64,000 nt of DNA from an uncultured Gemmatimonadota bacterium (GTDB taxonomy: Bacteria; SM23-81; DAOVCL01). The stretch spans positions 110,535-174,534 of the forward strand of contig CAZVGK010000003.1 in assembly GCA_964626665.1 (NCBI GenBank), in the 5' to 3' direction. The translations under genes were made by a program, and so were the position numbers. The notes under the pieces were generated by a model. The model worked only from the letters and a program-made list of their open reading frames with translations. It did not search any database and was not told the DNA's origin. This document shows positions 29,068 through 40,800 of the stretch, one piece after another (position 1 is the stretch's first letter; each line of letters opens with the position of its first letter).

Positions 29068-29568
29068 ATGAACCTGAAGAGATACCTCCTCTTACTGGTT
29101 CTCATTTTTATCCCCTTGTCCATCTTCGGCTGTTATACCACCTTCCGTCCACCAAAGGCAGGAACCCAACAAGAGTATATTGAGCAGCAGCCCGAGGCCA
29201 GCTACTACTATGAACATCACCACTATTTCCATTGGGATTCCTTCTATGATCCCTACTGGTTCTACTACCCTTCCCGATATAGTTGGTGGAGATACTATTA
29301 TGGCTATCCCTGGTGGTGGGATGATTGGTATTGGACACACTGGTATGACCCCCCAGAGAGCTACCATAAAGAGGAGGGTGAAAGGCTGGAGAGAAGGAGG
29401 GGGTTGACCACACCTCCACCAGGATGGGGTGAACCCCCCAAGCCACCTTCAACCCCCGTCTATATCTCTCCTCAAAAGGAGAAGAAAAGTCCACCACCAC
29501 CACCAAAGAAGAAGGAAGAAAAGAAGGAGAAGGAAAAAAAGAGGCCAACAAGAAGGCGAGGATTATAG
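29068..29568 (+). CDS. Tyr/Trp-rich low-complexity putative lipoprotein
   Basis: SD AGGAGGTGA; IFGC lipobox; Pro/Lys-rich tail. Confidence 0.75.
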   Translation: MNLKRYLLLLVLIFIPLSIFGCYTTFRPPKAGTQQEYIEQQPEASYYYEHHHYFHWDSFYDPYWFYYPSRYSWWRYYYGYPWWWDDWYWTHWYDPPESYHKEEGERLERRRGLTTPPPGWGEPPKPPSTPVYISPQKEKKSPPPPPKKKEEKKEKEKKRPTRRRGL

Positions 29569-29570
29569 GG

Positions 29571-30845
29571 ATGACTCCGAGAAAATTGTTACTCATTTCC
29601 CTTTTCCTCCTCCCTTGGATAGGGACCTTTTTTGCTCAGGGTGGTCTCAGCGACCTTCCACCAGAGGAATCCAGTGTAGACAACTTCTTGGGTTTGGGGG
29701 CAAGGGCAATGGGGATGGGTGGGGCACACATCGCTGTGGCGGAGGATTTTTCCGCCCTCTGGTGGAACCCAGCCGGATTAGCCAAGATAAGGAGGATCGA
29801 GCTCTCTGGTGGTTTGATCTATGAAAAGGAGAGAAGTAGAACCCTTTTTTATAACTATGGGAAAGGGAAAACGGATTCCCATACCAGGTTGGCCTCAGGA
29901 GGTATAGCGGTGCCTATTCCCACCTATCGGGGGAGTCTGGTCTTTTCAGTGGGATTCAACCGACCAAAGAGCTTTGATTCCTTCCTAAAATTCAAGGGAA
30001 GGTCCCCAGAGGAGGGCTTTTGGCAAGAGGGACTTGAGTTAAAATCGGGTGGTCTTTATAATTGGGGATTGGGAGGGGCAATCGACCTCTCCCCTTTCCT
30101 CTCTGCCGGGGCCACAATTATGCTTTGGAGAGGGGAAGAGGATTATACTTGGGATATGGCCAAGAATATACCTAACGGTCAGGGGAATATTTTACAGGCG
30201 GTAAACAATCGGGATCATTTCTTAGATGACTACAACGGCATAAACTTAAAGTTGGGCCTCCTCTTTCGTGCTAATCGTTATATAATTTTTGGTGGAACCT
30301 TAGAGGCTCCTTTAAAGCTTACCATAGAGCAGGACTGGACATCCCAGACCGACTCCCTTTTCAACAATGATTCCACCATCTCAGCAGAGGATTATGGCTA
30401 TTACAAATACAAGTTTAGGCTCCCTTATGAGTTCTGTCTGGGAGCACGGCTTACCCTCCCCTACCTGATTTTGGCCGCCGATTTGAACTACACAGATTGG
30501 TCAGAAACGGAGTATAAATATCCACCTGAGGATGTAAGTGCTTTTAACCCATATATGGGCGATGTCTACCGGGATATTCTCAGTTGGCACTTAGGGGCAG
30601 AGGCCTTGGTGCCTAAGGCAGGAGTTAAGCTGAGGCTTGGCTACTACCAGGATCCATTGCCCTACAGGTTAGAGGAGATAAAAAACAACAGGGATTACCT
30701 CACCTTTGGTGTGGGTTTTCTGATGGGCAAAGTGATGACCCTGGATGTTGCCCTGGTGTATGGACTCTGGGAAACCTCTTTCCAGGGCTTGGACGAAAGC
30801 TACAGTGTAAATCGTTTGTTTATCACCACTGCTTACAGGTTTTAG
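29571..30845 (+). CDS. Outer-membrane beta-barrel, FadL/PorV-like
   Basis: GARAMGMGGA..A..D..A..WNPAGL; ends YRF. Confidence 0.85.
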   Translation: MTPRKLLLISLFLLPWIGTFFAQGGLSDLPPEESSVDNFLGLGARAMGMGGAHIAVAEDFSALWWNPAGLAKIRRIELSGGLIYEKERSRTLFYNYGKGKTDSHTRLASGGIAVPIPTYRGSLVFSVGFNRPKSFDSFLKFKGRSPEEGFWQEGLELKSGGLYNWGLGGAIDLSPFLSAGATIMLWRGEEDYTWDMAKNIPNGQGNILQAVNNRDHFLDDYNGINLKLGLLFRANRYIIFGGTLEAPLKLTIEQDWTSQTDSLFNNDSTISAEDYGYYKYKFRLPYEFCLGARLTLPYLILAADLNYTDWSETEYKYPPEDVSAFNPYMGDVYRDILSWHLGAEALVPKAGVKLRLGYYQDPLPYRLEEIKNNRDYLTFGVGFLMGKVMTLDVALVYGLWETSFQGLDESYSVNRLFITTAYRF

Positions 30846-30884
30846 CGAGGCTTCGAATCAGAGGATGAAAAAGCTATAACCTCT

Positions 30885-30939
30885 AACCCGACTTCCGCAG
30901 TAAAGGCGCTAAGTGGTTGTAAATTATGAGTTAAATTTT
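30885..30939 (+). repeat. 55-bp repeat resembling an IS end; second copy 63946-64000
   Basis: 50/55 identity between copies. Confidence 0.7.
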
Positions 30940-31216
30940 TGTTGGGCCGTCAGAACCCCGATTCTGACGGCCCAAGGCCCTTCCATTTCCGAGTGGTCAA
31001 ATGTTTAGCTAACCCCAAGGTGAAGGTTGGCAATTGGGGTTCTGATGGCTCGGTTAAAACAGGTCAACAAAGCTCTTAATAAGTCTAAAAAATCTCTTTG
31101 TGGATGTTAACATCTGCAAGGAACGAGGATCAGGGAGAATCCATAACGACTGACAACTGTCTGACTGCTGATCCCTGACCTCTGTGAACTGTTACTTAAT
31201 TTTTAACAGAATTATT

Positions 31217-32509
31217 ATGTCACTCTTCAAAAAAATTAACATTTTGGCTATGGTCACCATCTTTTCCTTGACCCCGCGACTATCTGCCCAAAAAGTAGAG
31301 GTTTTGACGGTAAAAGGGGTCATCGATCCCGTTGTGGCCCGTTATATAACAAACGGCTTCGACCGGGCGGAGAAAGATGGAGCCGAGCTCGTGATCATAA
31401 AGTTGGACACCCCCGGGGGGCTGATGGAGTCAATGGAGAGCATCACCCAGAAGATGCTTAACTCCCCGATTCCCTCTGTGGTCTATGTCTGGCCCCAGGG
31501 GGCAAGGGCGGCATCAGCAGGCGTCTTCATTACCTATGCCGCCGACATCGCCGCTATGGCCCCCAGCACAAACATCGGGGCCGCCCATCCGGTAACTATG
31601 GGCCAGAAGGCAGATAGCACAATGATGGAGAAAATCACCAATGATGCCGTGGCCCGTATAAAGGGTATGGCCAATAAGAGAGGGAGAAATGCGGAATGGG
31701 CCGAAAGGTCGGTGCGCAAGAGCGTTTCCATCACCTCGGATGAGGCCCTGAAACTGAATGTAATAAACCTGATCGCCGCAAATATGAGTGAGCTCTTAGA
31801 CAAACTTGATGGAATGCAACTAAAGAGAGATGACCAGGAAGTAGTCATCAGAACGAAGAGAGCCCATCTCAGGGAAAAGGAGATGAATCCTGTGGAGAAA
31901 CTTCTACATACCATAGCCAACCCCAATATAGCTTATATCCTTCTCCTTTTCGGTGTTCTTGGCCTCATCTATGAGTTCCACACCCCAGGTGTGGGCTTCC
32001 CCGGGGTAGTAGGGATGATCTGTCTTATCCTGGCCTTTTTCTCCCTTCAGGTCTTGCCCATAAACCTTGCCGGGTTGCTACTCATCATTATTGCCATCAT
32101 CTTCTTTATCCTCGACCTGCAGATAGTAAGCCACGGCATCCTCACCATCGGGGGGATTATATCCCTTACTATGGGCTCCCTTATGCTCTTCAGCACCCCA
32201 GGGAGAACCCCTTACTACCGCCTCTCCCTCGTTTTGGTAATCTCTGTGGTGGCTGCCACCACCCTCTTCTTCCTCTTTGCCATTACCGCCGGGCTCAGGG
32301 CTCAGAGAAGAACACCGGTGACCGGCGAGGAAGGGATGATCGGTCAAATAGGGGTAACCAAGACAAGGCTCGTCCCTCAAGGGACGGTAATGGTAATAGG
32401 AGAACACTGGAATGCAATCTCCTTCGATGGGAAGGCTATAGAAAAGGGGGAAAGGGTAAAAGTAGTGCAGCTTGAACGAAGGGTAGTTAAGGTAAGGAGA
32501 ATTCAGTAA
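31217..32509 (+). CDS. nfeD: NfeD membrane-bound serine protease (long form)
   Basis: [20 protein letters not shown] region, C-terminal OB domain. Confidence 0.92.
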   Translation: MSLFKKINILAMVTIFSLTPRLSAQKVEVLTVKGVIDPVVARYITNGFDRAEKDGAELVIIKLDTPGGLMESMESITQKMLNSPIPSVVYVWPQGARAASAGVFITYAADIAAMAPSTNIGAAHPVTMGQKADSTMMEKITNDAVARIKGMANKRGRNAEWAERSVRKSVSITSDEALKLNVINLIAANMSELLDKLDGMQLKRDDQEVVIRTKRAHLREKEMNPVEKLLHTIANPNIAYILLLFGVLGLIYEFHTPGVGFPGVVGMICLILAFFSLQVLPINLAGLLLIIIAIIFFILDLQIVSHGILTIGGIISLTMGSLMLFSTPGRTPYYRLSLVLVISVVAATTLFFLFAITAGLRAQRRTPVTGEEGMIGQIGVTKTRLVPQGTVMVIGEHWNAISFDGKAIEKGERVKVVQLERRVVKVRRIQ

Positions 32510-32555
32510 AGGGATTGGGAAATCATTCCTGATCCAAAAAAGAGGAGGTCACATA

Positions 32556-33320
32556 ATGAGTGCTTTTTGGGTAGGGGTAATTGTGGTCTTAGCTATCATC
32601 CTCTCTAAAGCCATCAGGATAGTAAGGGAGTATGAGAGGGGGGTCATCTTCAGGTTGGGAAGGCTGATCGGGGCCAAAGGGCCAGGCCTCTTCTTCCTTA
32701 TCCCCATTGTAGACAGGATGATAAAGATCGACTTAAGGACATTGACTATGGATGTTCCGGCCCAGGAGGTAATCACCAAGGACAATGTCACGGTAAAGGT
32801 AAATGCAGTGGCTTACTTCCGGGTGATGAACCCAAATGATGCCGTAAACAAGGTAGAGAACTATCTGGTGGCCACCTCCCAGATCGCCCAGACCACCTTG
32901 AGGTCTATCTTAGGGCAGGTTGAACTGGACGAGCTTTTGACTGAAAGGGAGAAGATCAGCCGAAACCTGCAGAAAGTAATAGACGAGCTCACCGACCCTT
33001 GGGGGATAAAGGTAAGCGTTGTGGAGATAAAGGATGTGGAACTGCCTGAACAGATGAAAAGGGCAATGGCCAAACAGGCTGAGGCAGAGAGGGAGCGGAG
33101 GGCCAAGATTATAGCTGCTCAAGGGGAGTTTCAGGCCTCCCAGAAGCTTTCTGATGCGGCAGCAATCATCTCCCAACATCCGATGGCCCTCCAGCTCAGA
33201 TTCCTCCAAACCCTCAAAGAGGTGGCCACTGAGAACAACTCTACCACCATCTTCCCGATCCCCATCGATCTCTTAGAGCCCTTTTTGGATAGGTTTAAAA
33301 AGAAGGAGGAGAAAAAGTAA
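32556..33320 (+). CDS. Stomatin/SPFH (slipin) protein
   Basis: [34 protein letters not shown]. Confidence 0.95.
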   Translation: MSAFWVGVIVVLAIILSKAIRIVREYERGVIFRLGRLIGAKGPGLFFLIPIVDRMIKIDLRTLTMDVPAQEVITKDNVTVKVNAVAYFRVMNPNDAVNKVENYLVATSQIAQTTLRSILGQVELDELLTEREKISRNLQKVIDELTDPWGIKVSVVEIKDVELPEQMKRAMAKQAEAERERRAKIIAAQGEFQASQKLSDAAAIISQHPMALQLRFLQTLKEVATENNSTTIFPIPIDLLEPFLDRFKKKEEKK

Positions 33321-33416
33321 GGCATCGGCCCTTTGGTCTCAGTTACCTATTGGCTCTGATTTAACCATAAAACCCTGAGGAGGGTGATCCTGACGGCGAA
33401 ACCACAAGAAAGCTAT

Positions 33417-34196
33417 ATGCAAATAGAGGAAACGGTTATCTCCAGAGCTATCCTTCAGTCCTATTACCGGAAACTCACCGGGAGTTTGGAGATTGATGTG
33501 GCCATAGTGGGAGGAGGGCCAGCAGGGCTCACCGCGGCCTATTTCCTGGCCAGGGAAGGGGTAAAGGCAAGTATATTCGAGAGAAAGCTCAGCCTTGGAG
33601 GGGGAATGTGGGGAGGAGGGATGATGTTCAACCAGATAGTGGTGCAAAGGGAGGGGAAAGTGATCCTCGATGGTTTCGGGGTGAGCACCCAGGAGTTTTC
33701 CCCTAACTATTGGGTCGCCGATTCGGTAGAGGCCGTCTCTACCATCTGTTCACAAACCGCTAAGGCGGGGGCAAAGATATTCAACCTGATCAGCGCCGAG
33801 GATGTAACCATCAGAGAGGGGAGGGCAACCGGATTGGTTTTAAACTGGACTGCGGTGGAGACCGCTGAGCTTCCCATTGATCCTCTCTGCATTAAGACTC
33901 AATTCATAGTGGATGCCACTGGCCATCCAGCCAAACTAATTGAGGTAATCCAGCGGAAAGCCGGCTTGAAAATCCCCGGCCGAAAGCCAATCGGAGAAGG
34001 ACCTATGTGGGCGGAAGCAGGGGAGAAAGCCGTCTTGGAAAACACTCAGGAGGTCTTCCCCGGGGTCTTTGTAGCTGGAATGGCGGCCAATGCCGTATTT
34101 GGCGCCCCCCGAATGGGTCCCATATTTGGCGGTATGCTCCTCTCCGGCAAAAGGGCCGCCGCATTGATTCAGAGGAAACTGCAGGGTAGTTCTTAG
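33417..34196 (+). CDS. thi4: Sulfide-dependent thiazole synthase Thi4
   Basis: GGGPAG, GGGMWGGG, DATGH, EGPMWAE, RMGPIFGGMLLSG; start could be 33384. Confidence 0.92.
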   Translation: MQIEETVISRAILQSYYRKLTGSLEIDVAIVGGGPAGLTAAYFLAREGVKASIFERKLSLGGGMWGGGMMFNQIVVQREGKVILDGFGVSTQEFSPNYWVADSVEAVSTICSQTAKAGAKIFNLISAEDVTIREGRATGLVLNWTAVETAELPIDPLCIKTQFIVDATGHPAKLIEVIQRKAGLKIPGRKPIGEGPMWAEAGEKAVLENTQEVFPGVFVAGMAANAVFGAPRMGPIFGGMLLSGKRAAALIQRKLQGSS

Positions 34197-34227
34197 CACC
34201 CAGCAAATAATCCAATACAAAAACCAC

Positions 34228-34552
34228 TTCTACCCGGCTTCAGCTAAGGGTTCTCATTTTTTTACCGGGTTTTAGTCGAGGGTCATTGGGGCTTTAGCCC
34301 ATGTGGAGTGCTGTGACTCCTGTCACAGCATGCGTCAACAGGAGTTGACGCACTCCATATACTGGCCTGAAGGCCCTCAACCCTACTACTAAAGTGCGGT
34401 AGAAACAAGCAACTCAAAAGCCGAAAGGAAAGCCTTTAATCCGAATTATTCATAAGATCCCACTGAGATACTTCGAGCGTCCAATGAATGAGCGGTCAGA
34501 TGCCCTCATCTATCTGTCCCCCACCGAGCCGTCAGGTGCCTCACCTGACGAC
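34228..34552. repeat. TTCTACC element with nested module plus GTCAG palindromes
   Basis: Copies at 7050, 24308, 37197. Confidence 0.9.
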
Positions 34553-34575
34553 AAGTTCTTAAGGCCGGAGTAGCA

Positions 34576-35292
34576 ATGGAACTGCGAAAAAGGTTCGGTC
34601 ACTTGATTCTCCCCCGGTTAATAGTTCTCCTTTTCCCTTCCCTTTTCATTCCAGCTATTTTTCTCATAAGTGAGGCAAAAGGCAATAGGATGATAAAGCT
34701 CCCCAAACCTAAGCTAAAGGGGGAAATCTCCTTAGAGGAAGCGATAAATCGCAGGAGTTCTGTAAGGAGCTATTCTGCAAAACCTTTGACCTTAGCTCAA
34801 CTCTCCCAGCTTCTCTGGGCCGCTTGTGGCCAAAGATTTGATGCTGCTACCGAAGCCTCCCGCACCATACCCTCGGCTGGTGCTCTCTATCCCTTGGAGA
34901 TCTTCATTCTGGTTGGAAAGGTGGAAGATCTGAGTAAGGGCTTCTACCAATATCACCACATTGATCATTCCCTTGAGCTTCTCAAGAAAGAAGATCTTAG
35001 GGAGGTGCTTTCCAGCTCAGCTTGGGGACAGGACTTTCTGGCCCAGGCTCCAGTTGACCTGATTGTGGCCGCTGAGCCTTCCCGCACTACAGATGTCTAC
35101 GGGAAAAAGGGGGAAAGGTATATCCAGATAGAGGTCGGCCACTTGGCCCAGAATGTTTACCTGCAAGCAGAGGCCCTGGGCCTTTCCACCTGCGCGGTGG
35201 GGGCCTTCGATGACGATGAAGTGGCCCGAATTTTAGGGTTTGAAAAGAACCTTATCCCCCTCTATATCCTCCCCCTGGGTCATCGTAGGTAA
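34576..35292 (+). CDS. SagB/ThcOx-family nitroreductase-like dehydrogenase
   Basis: RRSSVR, RTIPSAGALYPLE, EVGHLAQN, VGAFDD; alternative start 34690. Confidence 0.9.
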   Translation: MELRKRFGHLILPRLIVLLFPSLFIPAIFLISEAKGNRMIKLPKPKLKGEISLEEAINRRSSVRSYSAKPLTLAQLSQLLWAACGQRFDAATEASRTIPSAGALYPLEIFILVGKVEDLSKGFYQYHHIDHSLELLKKEDLREVLSSSAWGQDFLAQAPVDLIVAAEPSRTTDVYGKKGERYIQIEVGHLAQNVYLQAEALGLSTCAVGAFDDDEVARILGFEKNLIPLYILPLGHRR

Positions 35293-35324
35293 GTAACATA
35301 GAGGCACCCTTAGCAGTAACAATT

Positions 35325-35785
35325 CACCACGGAATTACCTGGCGCGGCAAAGCCGCAACCAAACAAGGGCCACAGATTACACGGATTTCACTGACAGAAA
35401 AAACTACTATCGGAGGTCGTCGCTGATCACCTACTGCGGGTAGGGGCTTGATTTATCAAGCCCGTTCGGGTCGCATAAATGCGACCCCTACACTTCTACC
35501 CGGCTTTAGCCCTATCTTTTCAACCTACGGGCCTGAAGGCCCAGGGATAACCAGCATAAACTTCATTTTTAATTCTCAATTCTTGCAAAGGGAGGAGATA
35601 TTCGGAAAGATTTTTCTCTAATCTGTGGAAATCTTTGCATATCTGCGGTTTATATGTGTATTGTAATTCTTATCTCTTTTCCCGTGTAATTCCGTGAATT
35701 TCCGTGGTAAATTATCCATTCGTGTAGATTCGTCTATTCGTGTCATTCGTGTTCTATCAGTGAAATCTGTGGAATTCCGTGGTAA
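35325..35785. repeat. Composite repeat mosaic incl. GTAG REP-like doublet and inverted copy of 388-540
   Basis: Direct comparison. Confidence 0.9.
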
Positions 35786-35808
35786 ACCAGAAGCCTCGCT
35801 AAGCTGAT

Positions 35809-36786
35809 ATGTTTAAATTTCCCAAACCAAAAGTAGGCCTGGCCCTGGGCGGGGGTGGCGCCAGGGGACTGGCCCATATAGGGGTTTTGAAGGTCCTGCA
35901 AAGGGAAGGGATACCGATCGATGCGCTGGCCGGGACCAGTATGGGGGCCATAGTGGGAGGTGCCTTTGCTCTCAAGCCAGATGCAAACTATCTTGCCCAG
36001 CAGGCAGTAGATATCCTCCAGGATAAGGGCATACTAAACCTGGACAAGGTCTCTGTAAGATCCATCCCCAAACGCAGGAGGCTCGTGGTAAAGAGGCTCA
36101 TCTCCTTCATCAAGGAGATTTACCTGATAAACTTGGAGGCCACCAAAAGATGGCTTGTAGATGGGGAGAAGATAAGACCCCTGTTGGAGACAGTGGTTGG
36201 AGAGAAAACTTTTTCCGACTTGCACCTTCCCTATCTGGCCGTGGTTACCGACCTCAGAACAGGAGAGGAAATCTGGCTTGGAGAGGGGGAACTCTCCGAT
36301 GCACTCCTGGCCAGCGCGGCCATCCCCGGGATATTTCCCCCTTTGGAAAAAGGTAACCGGCTTCTGGTTGATGGAGGGGTAACCAGTTTGGTGCCGGTGG
36401 ATGCAGTCCACAGCTTGGGGGTTGATCTGGTAATCGGGGTCAATGTAGAGGGAGATATATATAGGCAGGATTTCCCCCATGGGATAGACATCCTCTACCA
36501 GGCCGATGATATACGGGGGCATGAGCTAACCAAATCCAAGCTCGCTCAGGCCGACCTAATCATCAGACCAAAGCTAAAGGGCATCAATTGGTCCCACTTC
36601 GCCAAGGTGGAGCTCTGCATCCAAAAGGGGGAAGAGGCCACTTATAGATCCCTGCCGGAAATCAGGATGAAGCTAAAGGCCAAGGCCAGGGCACTAATTT
36701 TTAAGAAGCTCTTTGTTAGGAAGGCAAAAGGGAAATTGCCCTATCGACAGGTCAGGAAAACACCCCAAGCCATAACAAAAAAATGA
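35809..36786 (+). CDS. Patatin-like phospholipase
   Basis: GGGGARG, GTSMG, DGG. Confidence 0.93.
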   Translation: MFKFPKPKVGLALGGGGARGLAHIGVLKVLQREGIPIDALAGTSMGAIVGGAFALKPDANYLAQQAVDILQDKGILNLDKVSVRSIPKRRRLVVKRLISFIKEIYLINLEATKRWLVDGEKIRPLLETVVGEKTFSDLHLPYLAVVTDLRTGEEIWLGEGELSDALLASAAIPGIFPPLEKGNRLLVDGGVTSLVPVDAVHSLGVDLVIGVNVEGDIYRQDFPHGIDILYQADDIRGHELTKSKLAQADLIIRPKLKGINWSHFAKVELCIQKGEEATYRSLPEIRMKLKAKARALIFKKLFVRKAKGKLPYRQVRKTPQAITKK

Positions 36787-36830
36787 GAGAATCTAGAATA
36801 TAATTGCTTTTCCGATCTGCAAAAAAAAAC

Positions 36831-36859
36831 TTGACAAACCGCTTGTGAGGTAGTATATT
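36831..36859 (+). promoter_or_regulatory. Sigma70-type promoter
   Basis: TTGACA-17-TATATT with upstream A-tract. Confidence 0.75.
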
Positions 36860-36958
36860 TGAGAGGAATTGTATTTTTTGAAGGAGGATGGGAAATTGCC
36901 CAAAGCCACGGCTTTGATCCGATACACCATAAGAAGTCTTATGAGCTTTCTTTCATAA

Positions 36959-37002
36959 GGCTGAGCAGGAAATTTTTTTATCCTTAGCTCAGTCTTTTTT
37001 TG
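36959..37002 (+). terminator. Intrinsic terminator-like hairpin
   Basis: CTGAGC-AGGA..TCCT-TA-GCTCAG stem followed by T7. Confidence 0.7.
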
Positions 37003-37127
37003 TTTTTATCCCAAATTATGCGATAGGGTGATCGTCACAAGATATTCAAAATGAAGAGCTCACAAAAATTAAGTTTAAACTCCTCTATCGTCTGAAAGAT
37101 GAAAGTTTATACTCTGGAAGATACTTA

Positions 37128-37685
37128 TTTAATCTGTACTACGATCTTGCAAGAACTTGTTTTTTGGACAAAGTTAAAGCCCATTGAGCACAAAATTTCT
37201 ACCGCACTTTAGTACAGTTTGCTATGGAGTGCGTCAACTCCTGTTGACGTATGCTGTGACACGGTCACAGCACTCCAAACGGGTTAAACCCCTATCAACC
37301 CTCAGCTAAAGCCGGGTAGAAGAAGTCCTGAACGTTGAGTAGTTTTTTTGGTCTGTGTAATCCGTGTAATCTGTGGCTCTTGTCTGGTTGCGGCTTTGCC
37401 GCGCTATGAAAATCTACACTACAATTTTGCAAGATCTTGTTTTTTTAACAAAGTTTTCCTTAGCAACCGCAAAGCTACTAAGATCGCAGAGGAGATAAAA
37501 AGCAAAAGAGAGATGAAATCTACCGAGCCGTCAGAACCCCAATTCTGAGGGTAATCTCTATTTTCTTTCGGGGTTACTCCGTGTTTATCCGTGGTGAATC
37601 TTTTTCTTTAAACTTTGCGTCCTTTGCGACTTTGCGGTGAATTATTTGGTTGCGGCTTCGCCGCACTGGGTTCATCTGTGGTTAT
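37128..37685. repeat. Composite repeat mosaic
   Basis: TTCTACC element 37197-37321, duplicated ~45-bp module (37131/37411), GGTTGCGGC..GCCGC hairpins, CCGTG tandem arrays. Confidence 0.85.
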
Positions 37686-37870
37686 AGCATATTTTGGGTT
37701 TATATATCGTTCTCCCCTGGCGAGGAGAAACGAGGACAAAGAAAATGGAAAGGAGGTGATGCAACAAACAGAATCGCCAGAACCTTTATCCCAAAAGGGG
37801 GGTGATAACATATGTTGGTGGACTGTTGCTCGTGAACTATTCATAAATTTCAATTTGAAGGAGAAAGAAA

Positions 37871-40800
37871 ATGAATAAGTCAAAATTTGTTTGGCTGTTG
37901 GCTTTGGCGGGGGTTATTTTCTCCCTGGTGATGGCCACCAGCACAGCTCTTGCTGACTGGTATCCTGGCGATCCTTACAAAATGCATTTTCCGCAACTAC
38001 CGGATGAGGCTGGATGGGATGTGAATGCGACCCAGCCTGTAGTCCTGGCAGACGACTGGGGGTGTATAGAAAGCGGCTGGGTCAAGGACATCCACTTCTG
38101 GGGCTCGTGGATGGAGGGCTTTACAGGCGAGATTACCAGCTTCGTCCTGAGCATTCACGATAATGTTCCCGGTCCGCCCAGTACGCCGGGCCAGACACTC
38201 TGGGAGTGGGAAGTACCCTTCGATTCGGTCATAGCTGTTCCATTCACCTCGCCAGAATGGGAAGGGTGGTATGATCCACCTTCTGGTATGTGGGCCCCTT
38301 CAGACCATAACACGTACTACCAGTACAATGTCTTTCTCCCAGAAGCAGAATGGTTCTGGCAGGAAGAAGGAACCATCTACTGGCTAAATATCTCAGCAAT
38401 CGTTGCGGATCAACCTGGGGGGCAATGGGGCTGGAAGTCGTCAATTCAGCACTTTGAGGATGATGCATGTTGGGCCTTCTGGGGTGAATTGAATTGGATA
38501 GACATCTGGGAGCCGCCGGATTTCATACAGTCCCTCGACCTGGCTTTTGTAATCACCGGAGGGGTTGAGCTTGACTACGGCGATTGTCCAGATCCAACCT
38601 ATCCAACCCTGCTGGCCAGTGATGGTGCCAGACATATCATCGCACCGGGCGTCTTTTTGGGTGCCAGTATCGATCCTGAAACTGATGGTCAACCATCGGC
38701 GGATGCACTGGGTGATGATAACAATCCACCTATAGGACCTGATGATGAAGATGGTGTAGTATTCACATCCCTTGTGATCCAAGGTCAACCAGCAACCGTC
38801 AAGGTTACAGCATCAGTAGCCGGATCCCTCGATGCCTGGATCGACTTCAATGGTGATGGTAACTGGGCTGACGCTGGTGAACAGATATTCAATACCACAC
38901 CACTAGTTGCCGGGGTCAACAACCTGAACTTTACTGTGCCTACGGTTGCTCAAGTTGGCACAACCTACAGTCGCTTCCGGTTCAGCACTGCAGGTGGTCT
39001 CAGTTACACAGGACAAGCTTCTGACGGTGAAGTGGAGGATTACACGGTGGATATAGAGGAAAAACCGGAACCTGGGATTGGCTGGTGGTTTAAGTCCTGC
39101 TATCCCGACTATGCTCCATCGGGTATGCCTGACTTCGACCAGAAACAGGATAGCTGGGACTATCCCACGGGAAGTGGAAATTGGACCTACTGTGGCCCTA
39201 CGGCCGTAGCCAACTGCTTCTGGTGGGTGGACTCCCGGTTTGAGGCCTTCTTTGGCCCTGGTGGGGGCATACCAGGTGATGGTGCTGATACCTTCCCCTT
39301 GGTGCGGGACTACAACGAGCCCCCTCCGGTGGATCCAACCCAGCCTTTACCAAACACCGACGACCATGGTTTCGAAAATGTAGACGATCTGCAGACGCCT
39401 CCACCACCAATTGCCGGACCTCCACCACCTCTACCACCATTCCCCGGACTACCTGTCACCGGTGCAGAGTTAGTTGAACGGCTGGCCTGGTATATGAATA
39501 CAGACGGAATGCAAACTGGCTTCGACCACCAGGGAACCTATCAAATTGATATGGGGATGGGCATTGATCAATGGATATATGAGCAGGAGCTGGATACACT
39601 CCTCTACGAGCACACTGAGGAAATGCCAACCTTCGCCTGGATCGATACCCAAGTCCACAAGAGCCAGGATGTGATTTTGCTTCTGGGATTCTGGTGGTTC
39701 GACGGGGAAACTTGGTGGCGTCATGGAGGACACTATGTCACCGTGGCCGGAGTAAACTCCCAGCAGTGGATGCTGGCCTTCAGCGACCCCTTCCTCGATC
39801 TGGCTGAAGCTGGCTTTGCTGGTTGCATCCATAACTCCGCCTACAAACCTCATAATCATGGCATATACGGACCTCAGACCCACAACGATGCCGGGAATGC
39901 CTCTCACGATTGGCATCTGATTATGTCGGATTCGCCTAGCCCAGGCGGCGTTATCTGGATTCCGGAGTACCCGTTCACCTATATGGATCTTATTTATTAC
40001 TTTATGAACAAGAACTACCGCGATCCAGGTGATATGCAGTTCTTCCAGGAATGGAATCAGATGGAACCAATCCACACAGAGATCGAGTGTGCTGTGGTCG
40101 TCTCCCCGTGGCCTGACTGGCACGATGCTCCAGCTCCCTATGATTCCGCCCATCACTCCAATTGGACAGAGGAATGGCTGGGAGAGTCGGTGAGTGCTGA
40201 TATGGCTCCGAGACTGGTGGATCGGGATACTTATGATGACGGCGTCCAGTTCTTCGATTACAAACAAGGTCAAGCAGGAAGCCTGAAGGTGACCATCTCG
40301 GTAAGAGACAGAGATGGATCTACCTGTCCGGGTCACGGCCCTCGCTATGATCCGTACCATCTGCTCTATCTCCACGGCTGGATAGACTGGAACGGCGACG
40401 GTATCTGGGATAATTTAAATGAGAACATCTTCTGCGGCCTCACATTCGACCCCTCCACCTGGACTTCGAACAGCTTTATCTATACCAGCATCTTTGATGT
40501 TCCCGGAGATGCTGCAATAGGTACCACCTGGGCCAGGTTCAGGCTGGACTACAACCAGAACCGGAATGAACCCGCAGGTCAGGCATTCTGCGGTGAGGTG
40601 GAAGACTACCACAATGAGGTCATCGTCGTCTCTGTGCCTGGAGAACGGGGAGATCTGAGGGTTCCTCAGACCTTTGAGCTGGCTCAGAACTATCCTAACC
40701 CATTCAACCTCGAGACAGCCATCAGGTATCAGATCCCCGAGAATTGTTATGTAACCCTGGAGATCTATAACCTACTTGGCCAAAAGGTAAGAACCCTGGT

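Noticed and set aside
34576-35292. TOMM/RiPP cluster suggested by the SagB-like gene
   Set aside because: No YcaO or precursor peptide nearby; stand-alone homologs are common
39470-40375. 301-aa antisense ORF
   Set aside because: Shadow of the plus-strand secreted protein gene
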